Made by a program: the position numbers and the translations under genes
Shown here: piece by piece, positions 18,101 to 26,685 of the stretch
How positions within the stretch are numbered: position 1 is the stretch's first letter
Layout of the letters: each line of letters starts with the position of its first letter
The notes under the pieces: generated by a model
What the model was told of the DNA's origin: nothing
The model's database searches: none
The model's input: the letters and a program-made list of their open reading frames with translations, nothing else
Assembly (NCBI GenBank): GCA_004195515.1
Contig: PSPR01000008.1
Coordinates: 1-57,197, forward strand
DNA: 57,197 nt
Source: Methanobacteriota archaeon
GTDB taxonomy: Archaea > Thermoplasmatota > Poseidoniia > Poseidoniales > Poseidoniaceae
Direction: 5' to 3'

Positions 18101-20058
18101 GTTGCTTGAATTTGTTCTTGAGCAAGATAAGGGATCGACAGTCCTGATAATTCATATGAACCTTGATCAGCGATAATTTCTACTTTAGCGCTTATGAAGT
18201 CCTGCCCACCGATTCTAAGAGCCGAATTTGAATTCGATAATTCATTTGAAAGAGCTTGAACCTCGGTTTCATTGAGATCCAAAACGAGCCTTTTTACCGA
18301 CTCATTTCCGCCGGTTTGAGCCACCATTGTATTACCGATCCAAAGAGCTATTGTTTGAACACCTTGGCCGACCAATGCGACTTTTGTAGCGCTCACTTTG
18401 AAATGACTAGCATTCTGTGGAATCAATAATTGAATCCATTTGGTTTGAGGTGCAGCATTGATGAATAAATAATTCCGAGAGCCATTATGGAATACATCTT
18501 GGTTACCCCAACTTCCAACCGCATTATTGGACACAGACCACTCACTAAAGCCATCATTATCAATGTCGATCTCCGGTTGTAATACCACGAGAGCAGGATA
18601 TAATTCAAGTTCAAAAGATTCTAAGAGCCAACCTGGTACATTTCCATGGTACTTTATTTGGAATGAATTGATTGGATTGGTTAATTGTGTAAAACCAGTA
18701 GAAGCATTTGTGAATTGCCATGGGCCGCCATCTATTGATAACTCAATTGTGACATTACCCGATAATATACTTTCAAACCTATATGCTGCAATCGGTGTAC
18801 CGAGGCGGTATATTGGTGAGATAAATGTACTATCTCCACTTCCTGAAACCCAATCGCCTCCCGAGTTCCAGCCACTATTATTGGTCTCCCAACCATATTC
18901 TACTGGATATCCTTGTAAACTATCATAGAATTTTCCGCCACCGGAAATTCCGTAAAGCCGGGGTGAATCTCCTTGTTGGTTTGCTTTGAATGCGAGTTCA
19001 AATCTAACCGAAGTCGTCGTTTGCCAATCGATTATTGAAAGATCGATAATTTTTCCAGATTGGTCGATTAAACCAGGGATTGGCACATTGGTTACATCAT
19101 CGATAACCGTCCAATTCAGAGAGGAAAGATAAGGTAATTCTGCTTCGATAAATACTGGTAAAAACGGTCCAGGTTCTATTTGTTCATCAGAATTAGAAGA
19201 CCAGCCGATTGACCTTGTTGTAAGATTTGAGCCCGAAGTACTTGGAATTCTAATATCATCAAAATACCAATAATCGCAGCAAGTTCCAGACCCACCGGTT
19301 TGACGGCCTCTGACCTGAAATAGCGAGTGATACGCATCCGAAGGTAATGTGAAATTTACATTGGTTACCGTTCCGCCTGCACTACTTCCATAGAGGTATG
19401 AGATTCGAGACCAAGATCCACTTGACGATTTATATTCCAATGTGAAATCTTCATTAATATCTGGTTCTTCTCCACAATTGTAAGTACCTTGTTTTAACCA
19501 AGCGGTTAGAACTAGGCCAGAATGACCATTCAAATTCACAGTAGGGCTGGTAATGGAAACCGATCCACCTCTGGTTTGCATTGAACCTCCAGCTGAATTT
19601 GCCATTCCACAAGCGGTACCAGTATTCCGATAACCATAACCAGAATTGCTCGAAGTCCAACCTTCTGTGCCTTTATCGAAATTCCAATCTACTCCTTGGA
19701 AGCCCAAAATTAGGGCGTCATCTACTGCATCTTCTGCCAAACCTGTTGAAACGAATCCGGTTTGAGTCCAATCATCCCAATAAAATCCAGTGTTTCGAAT
19801 TCGGGCATCTGCCTCAATAGTGAGATCCAATTCTTGAATCGCATTGCCTGCTGTAACTTCAAGAGAAACCTGGCTCGAGATCATTCCAGCACCGGGGACC
19901 ACTAACCTAGTCCTCTGACCGGCCGGGGTATAATCGACTCCGTTTTCGGAATCAAGTCGTTCGGTTTGCGCATGGCTCAGCACCTGAGAAACAGGACCAC
20001 TGAATAGGAGAATCAGAACTAGCGCGAACGCCTGAACCCCTTGACGGTATGTTGCCAT
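15190..20058 (-). CDS. Giant (about 1622 aa) secreted protein with a single C-terminal TM anchor and an acidic cytoplasmic tail; function unknown
   Basis: The ORF-track start at 20079 is TTG; the first ATG at 20056-20058 gives MATYRQGVQAFALVLILLFSGPVSQVLSHAQ (signal peptide). An early jelly-roll-like module ends ..GTCCDYWYFDDIRIP (MAM / choice-of-anchor-J-like; weak). The C-terminus is ..NPWLVGIALTMLGITLLLVLTWL-RMATVRAGSSGEEIIYEEEFEDEYED. Confidence 0.75.
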   Translation of the reverse strand: MATYRQGVQAFALVLILLFSGPVSQVLSHAQTERLDSENGVDYTPAGQRTRLVVPGAGMISSQVSLEVTAGNAIQELDLTIEADARIRNTGFYWDDWTQTGFVSTGLAEDAVDDALILGFQGVDWNFDKGTEGWTSSNSGYGYRNTGTACGMANSAGGSMQTRGGSVSITSPTVNLNGHSGLVLTAWLKQGTYNCGEEPDINEDFTLEYKSSSGSWSRISYLYGSSAGGTVTNVNFTLPSDAYHSLFQVRGRQTGGSGTCCDYWYFDDIRIPSTSGSNLTTRSIGWSSNSDEQIEPGPFLPVFIEAELPYLSSLNWTVIDDVTNVPIPGLIDQSGKIIDLSIIDWQTTTSVRFELAFKANQQGDSPRLYGISGGGKFYDSLQGYPVEYGWETNNSGWNSGGDWVSGSGDSTFISPIYRLGTPIAAYRFESILSGNVTIELSIDGGPWQFTNASTGFTQLTNPINSFQIKYHGNVPGWLLESFELELYPALVVLQPEIDIDNDGFSEWSVSNNAVGSWGNQDVFHNGSRNYLFINAAPQTKWIQLLIPQNASHFKVSATKVALVGQGVQTIALWIGNTMVAQTGGNESVKRLVLDLNETEVQALSNELSNSNSALRIGGQDFISAKVEIIADQGSYELSGLSIPYLAQEQIQATALHPIVMGANMILKESISGNLVPLPVSAQSKAGLAITINSISSSGDVDVGVISLTNDSNTLTPSQKWRTLSLRTQSQLSSLNMFILDLNADGETAQWLIPINGGNMVELGIHDVLIFDGAGVSVNTTGNIDELSITFRTSQAWDDVENLRISGRVQLANGVVSLPSNLFWTNPAVSNDLTINNVDWFSDGFPIANNRKYLKSSGNISMEVEIGFQYGAAGEHPYPGEFLLELHRDGVFIANTTELTSSVWRVETVTPFTSGNVTWQFTIAPLAGGGVADPWIVNRTFIIDPLAPVVIGSNIRHYDHLTPSAYQQIIVNITDQPVLPTNVKLMLWREWLNDLNGDSWPNEGEYIETALSLPSDLNGTYGSYVAYVDDAAGFQGEKVAGYVIGVDLGGHDLLEGGSVTEDDHLFMYQLMPDGPPVVDTDGFEWMNGKKAWLHPGQNYQLNISFSEANGISDVGTIEVALADNIASDRMAITWNQSNHRCESSSIHLNVKSCQILTDEGTVPNAYDRDLIMVIELNLKWSTPDLGDTRREPSIKVTDRADHHDLVNYPQNRWRFSAEMMILDNVSLWVENGALTDEGARVSPGTAIELSGIVVFEKSGELPDFDCDVEVRLNGIKGTATAAGGLFTAATIAPIESGRYPFTWNVDCLVLQGIDVTDETKAVAWIIVDDIGPVVIEFLSPRQSSILEPGQHDIKVVVSEPFGIDVNSVELIWWITPLGQNDAIMTGTTDLSLEGDLISGLRLLFEGQINFSSLNSELLQEQLVIKMRLEGRDLAGNQFETFGNSENHPAGKWDLIQHIPDFSIDSGGVELSKLNLEVDEATAVHIYLRNSGLLAGETSILIEVVKLDGSRETLARPIVEIDAESVATVVVDWKPETPGIQWIEVSLNEEFEQSRMIDVKPPTDDGFMSGIFGKANPWLVGIALTMLGITLLLVLTWLRMATVRAGSSGEEIIYEEEFEDEYED

Positions 20059-20192
20059 GCATTTGGTGGATGAACTCAATGTAATTCAAAGGTACCCCTC
20101 CCCACCACCTATCAAACCTAGGGTTTGTTTCATATGGCTAGGCTTGTGGGATAAACGACCAATTGAAGAAGTATCTTCTTCTCGCCTCGTCT

Positions 20193-23100
20193 ATGGCAAG
20201 CCCTGAAACGACAATGGAACTGGATTCCGTCGGCCTCGAAAACGGCTTGTTAGAGACATGGTCCTCTGAAAAATTATTCGAGCAATCGGTTAAAAACCGC
20301 ACCGACGGTGAACCTTTTATTTTTCTCGAAGGTCCTCCGACCGCAAACGGCAAACCAGGAATTCATCATGTAGTAGCCCGGACCTTCAAGGATATGGTTT
20401 GCCGATGGAAAACCATGGAAGGCTATTTCGTCGAAAGAAAGGGTGGCTGGGATACTCATGGTTTGCCGGTTGAAATCGAAGTCCAAAAAAGACTAAATTT
20501 GATGAGCAATCCAGCGATTGAGGAATTCGGTATCGAAGAATTCAACAAAGAATGTCGTAAATCGGTTTGGACATACGAAGCCGCTTGGCGCGAGATGACC
20601 GAAAGGATGGCTTATTGGTGCGATATGGATAATCCATATGTCACACTCCATGACACATATATTGAATCTTGCTGGTGGGCACTCAAAAAAATGTTTGAGA
20701 AAGGCTTGTTATATCGCGGATATAAAGTTCTACCATATTGTCCTCAAACCGGCACTTCTTATTCTTCCCACGAGGTTGCTTTGGGATACAAAGAGGTCAA
20801 TGAGGCATCGGTTTATGTCAAATTCAAACTCGAGGATACAAATGCTTCAATTTTGGCTTGGACAACCACACCTTGGACATTGCCTGGCAATGTTGGTTTG
20901 GCGGTCGGACCCGAGGTCGAATATGTCCGGGTTAGAGTTACTGCAGAACCTGAGGGCTGGGAAGGCCACGGCGGAGCCGTGGTTGGTGAAGAATTGATTT
21001 TGGCAAAGGATTTGTTCAAGGAAGTTATTCGTCACCATTGCGATGAAATCGAATCTTTTCCTGGAAGCGATCTAATCGGTCGAGCCTACACCCCACTTTT
21101 CCCAGGAGCGGTTGACCGAGCCGATTCAACCACAGCGTGGACTGTTATCGGCGCGGATTGGGTAACGACAACCGACGGAACCGGAGTAGTTCACACCGCA
21201 GTAATGTATGGCGAGGACGATTATAATCTCGGAATGGAGGTTGGACTGCCCGCTCAACACACCGTCGATATGCAAGGGGCATTCTTGGCTGGGACTCACC
21301 CGCAACTCGACGGAAAATATGTCAAAGATTGTGATCAAACCGTAATAGAATTACTCGATACTCAAGGGCTACTATATCGAGAAAAAATGTATTCTCACGA
21401 CTATCCACACTGCTGGCGCACCGGACATCCTTTACTTTACTATGCGATGGATTCATGGTTTGTTCGAATGACTGCGGTCAAGGAAATGCTGCTTGAATTC
21501 AATTCTCAAGTCGAATGGGCACCGGATTGGGTCGGCGAAGGCCGATTCGGTGAATGGCTGCGAAATGTCAAGGATTGGGCGATTAGCAGAGAAAGATATT
21601 GGGGTACACCTTTACCCGTTTGGATTTGTAATTCTTGTGATCATCAACACTGTATCGGCTCAAGAGCTGAAATGAAAGAGATGGCAAAAGAAGGCTCACC
21701 GGTTAGCGATGACCCTCATCGTCCATACGTGGATGAAACCATTCTGGTTTGTCCAAAATGTGATGACGACATGATTAGAGAACCATTCGTGATGGATTGT
21801 TGGTTTGATTCTGGATGTGCATCTTTCGCTCAATGGCACCATCCATTTGGAGAAGAAGGCAAATTTGAGAACAATTTTCCAATCGATTATATCTGTGAGG
21901 GCGTTGATCAAACACGGGGTTGGTTTTACACTTTATTGGCTGTTAGTACAACGGTTTTTGAATCTATTTGCTATAAGAGATGTTTATCCTTGGGCTTGAT
22001 TTTGGATGCAGAAGGCAAAAAAATGTCCAAGTCCAAAGGCAATATTGTTGACCCATGGGACCATTTCAACCGTGAGGGTGCAGATGCTACCCGTTGGTAC
22101 ATGGTTACTGCAGGCGCTCCTTGGAATCCGATGAAATTTGATCCAAACGGAGTGCGTGAAACCTATGGGAAAATGTTCCTAACACTTTGGAATGTTCATA
22201 GATTCCATGCAGATTACGCTGCTTTAGATGGTTTTGACCCTGAAACTTCAGAAAAAGGAGTCAATACACCACTCGATAATTGGGTTTTGGCAAGATTGAA
22301 TCAAGTAATTGCCGAAACACATCAACAATTCGAAGAATGGGATTTCCACAAAGCATGTAGAGGAATAGAGAATTTCGTTGTCAATGATGTCTCCAATTGG
22401 TACGTTCGTCGTTCTCGCCGCCGCCTTTGGGATGAGGCCGACAGCGCTGATAAATTAGCTTGCCAACATACTCTCCACACCGTTTTGGTTACCGTATCTA
22501 GATTGATGGCACCTGTAGCTCCGTTCATGTCTGATAAAATTCATCGTAATCTCGAAGGATTTTCGGTACACTTGGCTGATTGGCCAGTCGCAAAAGAGTT
22601 CGACAAAGACATCATTCAAACCATGGAATTGGTTAGAGAACTTGCTGAAACCGGTCGCAAAATTAGAGTAGATAATGACCGACGGCAGCGCTTGCCATGT
22701 GGTGAAGGTTGGATTGTAGCGGGACCTGAAATTTCCGATTTCCACGAAATTTTAGCCAGCGAATTAAATGTTGAAACTATTTCTTTGGAATCCGACCTAA
22801 ATCGATTCCAAGTGGAAGTGGTCCATCCAAACCGTCGAACTTTGGGAGCAAAGTGCCGTCAAAATTTACCAGCGGTACTCGAAGGATTTGCCAATGGCGA
22901 TTCCGAATCGATGCTTGCTGCAATTGATGCTGGGAATTTAGTAATAGCAGGATTTGATATTACCAAGGATGACATAGAGGTTCGAAGAGAGGAACGCCCA
23001 GGCTTCGCTGCCCAAACAATTCAAACCGCTAATGGAGATTCGGTCTCACTAGTTTTAGACATGACCGACACGCCTGAACTATTATCCAAAGGCTTAGCAA

Positions 23101-23336
23101 GAGACATAACTCGAAGAATTCAAGCCGCAAGGAAAAACCTTGACTTACCAATCGAAGAAAATATTGATTTGGAAGTGTGGATGATAGATGCTCCTGAACT
23201 ATTTGAATCAGATATTAAATGGATTATCGGCGAGACCAGAGCGTTAAATGCTGAGTTCATCAAAGGCCAAGGTGAAGGTGAAAGTTTCGAAGTCGATGGC
23301 GCAACAATTTGGTACACATTATCTGCATCTAATTAA
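20193..23336 (+). CDS. ileS: Isoleucyl-tRNA synthetase
   Basis: PTANGKPGIHHV (HIGH region), KKMSKSKGN (KMSKS), Zn-type Cys pairs CNSCDHQHC / CPKCDD, and the archaeal/eukaryal-type length. The ORF-track start at 20163 is TTG. ATG candidates are 20193 (MASPETT..) and 20214 (MELDS..). Confidence 0.95.
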   Translation: MASPETTMELDSVGLENGLLETWSSEKLFEQSVKNRTDGEPFIFLEGPPTANGKPGIHHVVARTFKDMVCRWKTMEGYFVERKGGWDTHGLPVEIEVQKRLNLMSNPAIEEFGIEEFNKECRKSVWTYEAAWREMTERMAYWCDMDNPYVTLHDTYIESCWWALKKMFEKGLLYRGYKVLPYCPQTGTSYSSHEVALGYKEVNEASVYVKFKLEDTNASILAWTTTPWTLPGNVGLAVGPEVEYVRVRVTAEPEGWEGHGGAVVGEELILAKDLFKEVIRHHCDEIESFPGSDLIGRAYTPLFPGAVDRADSTTAWTVIGADWVTTTDGTGVVHTAVMYGEDDYNLGMEVGLPAQHTVDMQGAFLAGTHPQLDGKYVKDCDQTVIELLDTQGLLYREKMYSHDYPHCWRTGHPLLYYAMDSWFVRMTAVKEMLLEFNSQVEWAPDWVGEGRFGEWLRNVKDWAISRERYWGTPLPVWICNSCDHQHCIGSRAEMKEMAKEGSPVSDDPHRPYVDETILVCPKCDDDMIREPFVMDCWFDSGCASFAQWHHPFGEEGKFENNFPIDYICEGVDQTRGWFYTLLAVSTTVFESICYKRCLSLGLILDAEGKKMSKSKGNIVDPWDHFNREGADATRWYMVTAGAPWNPMKFDPNGVRETYGKMFLTLWNVHRFHADYAALDGFDPETSEKGVNTPLDNWVLARLNQVIAETHQQFEEWDFHKACRGIENFVVNDVSNWYVRRSRRRLWDEADSADKLACQHTLHTVLVTVSRLMAPVAPFMSDKIHRNLEGFSVHLADWPVAKEFDKDIIQTMELVRELAETGRKIRVDNDRRQRLPCGEGWIVAGPEISDFHEILASELNVETISLESDLNRFQVEVVHPNRRTLGAKCRQNLPAVLEGFANGDSESMLAAIDAGNLVIAGFDITKDDIEVRREERPGFAAQTIQTANGDSVSLVLDMTDTPELLSKGLARDITRRIQAARKNLDLPIEENIDLEVWMIDAPELFESDIKWIIGETRALNAEFIKGQGEGESFEVDGATIWYTLSASN

Positions 23337-23364
23337 GTTCATTTATTCTCTCGAAATGATTGAT

Positions 23365-26184
23365 TTACTCCGGTGGTTTCATCGGTGGTAATTCTGGAAC
23401 GAATTGTTTTTCGGATAATTCTGAACTCAGCTCGATTTCATCTGCTAATTCGGTTTCTACAACCTCGGGTTTTCCTTCTCGGCTGAATATCATCACCGCA
23501 ATTGCACCAAGGACAATCACGCCCATCACGATTGATAACATAATGATTGGATCGGTTTTTTCGCTTTCTCCTTGAGTTTTATCATTGGTATCATCACATA
23601 TTCCTACGCATGGCTGTTCGGTTTCATTTTCATCTGGAGTGTCGTCAATTATTGGATCGACAATAACATCAGGTGAAAGGTCGATTAATTGCCATGAATC
23701 AACACAGGTCCACCCAGAAAGCTGATCGGCTTTTGTTACGGTTATGGTTGAACTCACAACATTGAATTGAACAGTATCCCCATCACAGAGTACACCTGGG
23801 AACGCGATTGCATCGCCTCTTTGGTAGGATGGATCCATTCTGGAAACCATAATATCACCGACAGGGTTCTCTGAGATTCCCTGATGTTCATCTGCCCAAG
23901 TTGTCCCTTCAGGGCAAGGGTCGTTCCAGATCAAATCGGTTCCAACCTCGACAAAGCAAGCGGTCGGCTCTTCTACCAAAACATCGAGTGCACCACAAAC
24001 CAAAACCTCATCTTCACCAACTGCTGGTAAGGCGGTTGAAGTTGAGGAACAATTTGTCATAAGAATTCCATGCTGGAGATTACGTTCTGATGGATTGATT
24101 ACAATGTCGTAGTTGGTTTGGGTTGCGACATTGTTTAGATTGATACTTGTAGACACACCGATGTTTTCAGCACGGTCATAATATCTGTCATAAAGCAATG
24201 ACATATCGATCTGAGCATTGGCTGAATTTGAGTTATTGATAACATCAAAATATCGATCATCACCATAGGTGTGAACTGGATCTAATCCAACTTCGACCAT
24301 ACCAGAAACTTGATTATCGAAATCATCATGATTTGCACCAAATATGCTGTTCATCTCATCGTAATCGAATTTCATTGCCATCTCGAGGTCTGAAACGATA
24401 CTAGCCCAAGTTTGAGTGCCATCTTCAACCCCTGAAAAAGTGACATCGATTACTTTGCCCATTCCAACTGGCTCATGGTCGGTTCCTTTGAGTGCAGTCA
24501 TTAAATCTGCGTCACCATATAGTGGAAGCCCACCCACTACTGTCAAACGTACATCGGGGTCAATCGCATTGATCATATTTCGATACGGGTCGGTATCGAT
24601 GGTATCTAGCACTACGAGGTCAGCGGCTTTTCCAGCCTCAATAGTTCCAACAAATTGGTCCCATTTCATCGATTTTGCTGGGTTGGATGTAACCATTTGT
24701 ACCATTTCATAATCTGAGAAAATATCGCCGAGTATTTCATCGTCCCATAGGTCGGCAACCTTGAGTTCATGGAGCGGTGATTTACTACCGGAAGGTGACC
24801 AATCCGGAGCGATATTGATTCTAACACCAGCGGCCTTTGCCGCTGCTACATCGGTTGTGGTTCCATAGAGGAGAAGATTGGATAGTGGTGACCAGGCCAA
24901 GCTAGCGCCGACTTGGCCCATCGCATTGAATTCATTGCTGGTAAGGGCTGTTCCATGAATGATGATTACTTCACCGACCAATAAATTATTATTTACTAAA
25001 ATATCGAATTCAGCACGGCTCGACTCATCCATTCCTTCTGCCAAATGAAGGAACCAAGCTCTAAGTTCTCCACTTTGATTTCCGTTGATGATGTGGTTTC
25101 CTTGGTAATCGGATTCCAACTCGGTAACCTTGGTATGAATCTCATCTGCACCAAAATTCCAATATTCGATATTTCTAGAAAGAATCGAATCGAATGAATC
25201 CTCACCGGTCGACGGACCTCCTTGAGCACTTGTTGTTCCACCAACAATTTCCTTTGCTTCGACATATTTCATCGATTGTGATTCCATATTCCAATAAGAG
25301 CCTGATTGAACGAACATCTTGGGTTTGGTAACTTGATATTTGTAATCGGGGTGATTCTTCCACTGGTAACGATTTTCATATCCACCGAATTCATTGGTTT
25401 GACTTGAAGTATGAGGGCTCATCTCCCAAAGAGGGGCTGTATTGTAATGCATATGGTTGTGCATATCGATCAAGCCGGGGTAAATCGTTGCATTGGTATC
25501 GTGAACCTCAATACCATCTGTATTCATCGGTGGAATTTCACCATCTGCCCAAACCGCACTAATATCACCGTCAGTAATTAGGATATTTCCATTTTCAATT
25601 ACTTCATTTTGCCCGGTCATCGTGACGACTCGACCTTGAAGAATGTAAGATCCTTCATGGATGTGATCACGAGGGGTAAAGCAAGTTCCTTGCCGATCTG
25701 CTGGGTTGGGGTCGGTTTTCCACAAAGTTCCATTATCGGCCCAAACATAGGCCTTATCCCACCACGAATCTTCTGCTGGGTAAGCCATTGAATCGATGAC
25801 ATTGCCGCTCGCATCGCTCAATGTTGCAGCATCAGCGTCAAAATAATCGAATGCGATTCTGGTATTAGCTCGGTAGAAAGTAATGCTTTCACCTGCGCCA
25901 ATCGTTGTATTCCAACCGATTCGGCACGGAGGACTTCCACCATCTGTACGATCGTCGAGAATCCAATCAGAGATGTCGACATCGGCCGAGCCGGTATTCG
26001 TGAGCATGATATATTGGTCGCTTGGATTCCCTATATCTCCGTCTCCATTCCAATCGGTTCCGTTGTAGTCTTTACCCGATGCAGAGGCAAGAATTTCTTC
26101 GATTACGATTCCGCCTTCTGCGGCAACCGGAGTAGCTGGCACCATTGCCAGCAAGAGGAGAGCGACTACCAACACACGGCGCAT
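23365..26184 (-). CDS. Secreted, C-terminally anchored lamin-tail-domain (LTD) + metal-dependent amidohydrolase protein
   Basis: The true start ATG at 26182-26184 gives the signal peptide MRRVLVVALLLLAMVPATPVAAEGG. LTD signature IVIEEILASASG...DQYIMLTNTGSADVDISDWILDD. Amidohydrolase core ILQGRVVTM..ILITDGDISAV..IYPGLIDMHNHMHYN. The TM segment DPIIMLSIVMGVIVLGAIAVMIF is followed by a 40-aa acidic/Pro tail. Confidence 0.75.
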   Translation of the reverse strand: MRRVLVVALLLLAMVPATPVAAEGGIVIEEILASASGKDYNGTDWNGDGDIGNPSDQYIMLTNTGSADVDISDWILDDRTDGGSPPCRIGWNTTIGAGESITFYRANTRIAFDYFDADAATLSDASGNVIDSMAYPAEDSWWDKAYVWADNGTLWKTDPNPADRQGTCFTPRDHIHEGSYILQGRVVTMTGQNEVIENGNILITDGDISAVWADGEIPPMNTDGIEVHDTNATIYPGLIDMHNHMHYNTAPLWEMSPHTSSQTNEFGGYENRYQWKNHPDYKYQVTKPKMFVQSGSYWNMESQSMKYVEAKEIVGGTTSAQGGPSTGEDSFDSILSRNIEYWNFGADEIHTKVTELESDYQGNHIINGNQSGELRAWFLHLAEGMDESSRAEFDILVNNNLLVGEVIIIHGTALTSNEFNAMGQVGASLAWSPLSNLLLYGTTTDVAAAKAAGVRINIAPDWSPSGSKSPLHELKVADLWDDEILGDIFSDYEMVQMVTSNPAKSMKWDQFVGTIEAGKAADLVVLDTIDTDPYRNMINAIDPDVRLTVVGGLPLYGDADLMTALKGTDHEPVGMGKVIDVTFSGVEDGTQTWASIVSDLEMAMKFDYDEMNSIFGANHDDFDNQVSGMVEVGLDPVHTYGDDRYFDVINNSNSANAQIDMSLLYDRYYDRAENIGVSTSINLNNVATQTNYDIVINPSERNLQHGILMTNCSSTSTALPAVGEDEVLVCGALDVLVEEPTACFVEVGTDLIWNDPCPEGTTWADEHQGISENPVGDIMVSRMDPSYQRGDAIAFPGVLCDGDTVQFNVVSSTITVTKADQLSGWTCVDSWQLIDLSPDVIVDPIIDDTPDENETEQPCVGICDDTNDKTQGESEKTDPIIMLSIVMGVIVLGAIAVMIFSREGKPEVVETELADEIELSSELSEKQFVPELPPMKPPE

Positions 26185-26236
26185 AGTGTCTGTGTGATAG
26201 GTAAAGCACAAGAACCCACCCCTTTCAGTTGTCAAC

Positions 26237-26647
26237 ATGATTAGCATGGATTTGGCATGGCTACCGGTCGGAATCGGAGTCGTTATATGGATAATGATGG
26301 GAATGATTTGGTATAATCCGAAGGTGCTGGGAACTATTTGGATGGAGCATACTGGGTTATCGATGGAGGTAATCGAAGCGAAAATTGAATCGGGTGAAAC
26401 AAATATGGGATTGGCCATCGGCGGTTCGGTAGTTTCTGGTTTGGTTACAAATATGGTATTGGGCATGCTTATTATTGCAAGTTCAATATCGCCAATTATG
26501 CTCGCACTTATGTGCTCCCTAGGCTTTGTAATGACAGATATCGGCATGTACGGATTCGAAGGGAGAACCTGGAAATTATATCTCATCGATAAAGGATGGA
26601 TGGTAATTGCAATCCTTATCTCGGGCATATTGCATACATACTTGTGA
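26237..26647 (+). CDS. Small 4-TM membrane protein, DUF1761-like
   Basis: WLPVGIGVVIWIMMGMIWYNPKVLGTIWME.. resembles the DUF1761 N-terminal motif (W.NP..G..W), and there are four hydrophobic spans. It lies antisense to the spurious 5' extension of ORF 23365..26658. Confidence 0.6.
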   Translation: MISMDLAWLPVGIGVVIWIMMGMIWYNPKVLGTIWMEHTGLSMEVIEAKIESGETNMGLAIGGSVVSGLVTNMVLGMLIIASSISPIMLALMCSLGFVMTDIGMYGFEGRTWKLYLIDKGWMVIAILISGILHTYL

Positions 26648-26685
26648 AGCAAAGACACAAAAGGACCCTTCTATGCCCTCAGGTC

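Noticed and set aside
20165-20181. Hairpin GAAGAAG-TAT-CTTCTTC 12 nt upstream of the ileS ATG 20193, as a possible regulatory leader
   Set aside because: It is only a 7-bp A/G-rich stem with a 3-nt loop. It would lie inside the coding region if the TTG 20163 start is used. No T-box-like or other known archaeal aaRS leader features are present.
26185-26658. 5' extension of the long minus-strand ORF 23365..26658, which would add 158 aa upstream of the amidohydrolase signal peptide
   Set aside because: The extension has no recognisable features. It lies exactly antisense to a coherent 4-TM DUF1761-like gene (26237-26647). A textbook signal peptide (MRRVLVVALLLLAMVPATPVAA) begins at the internal ATG 26184.
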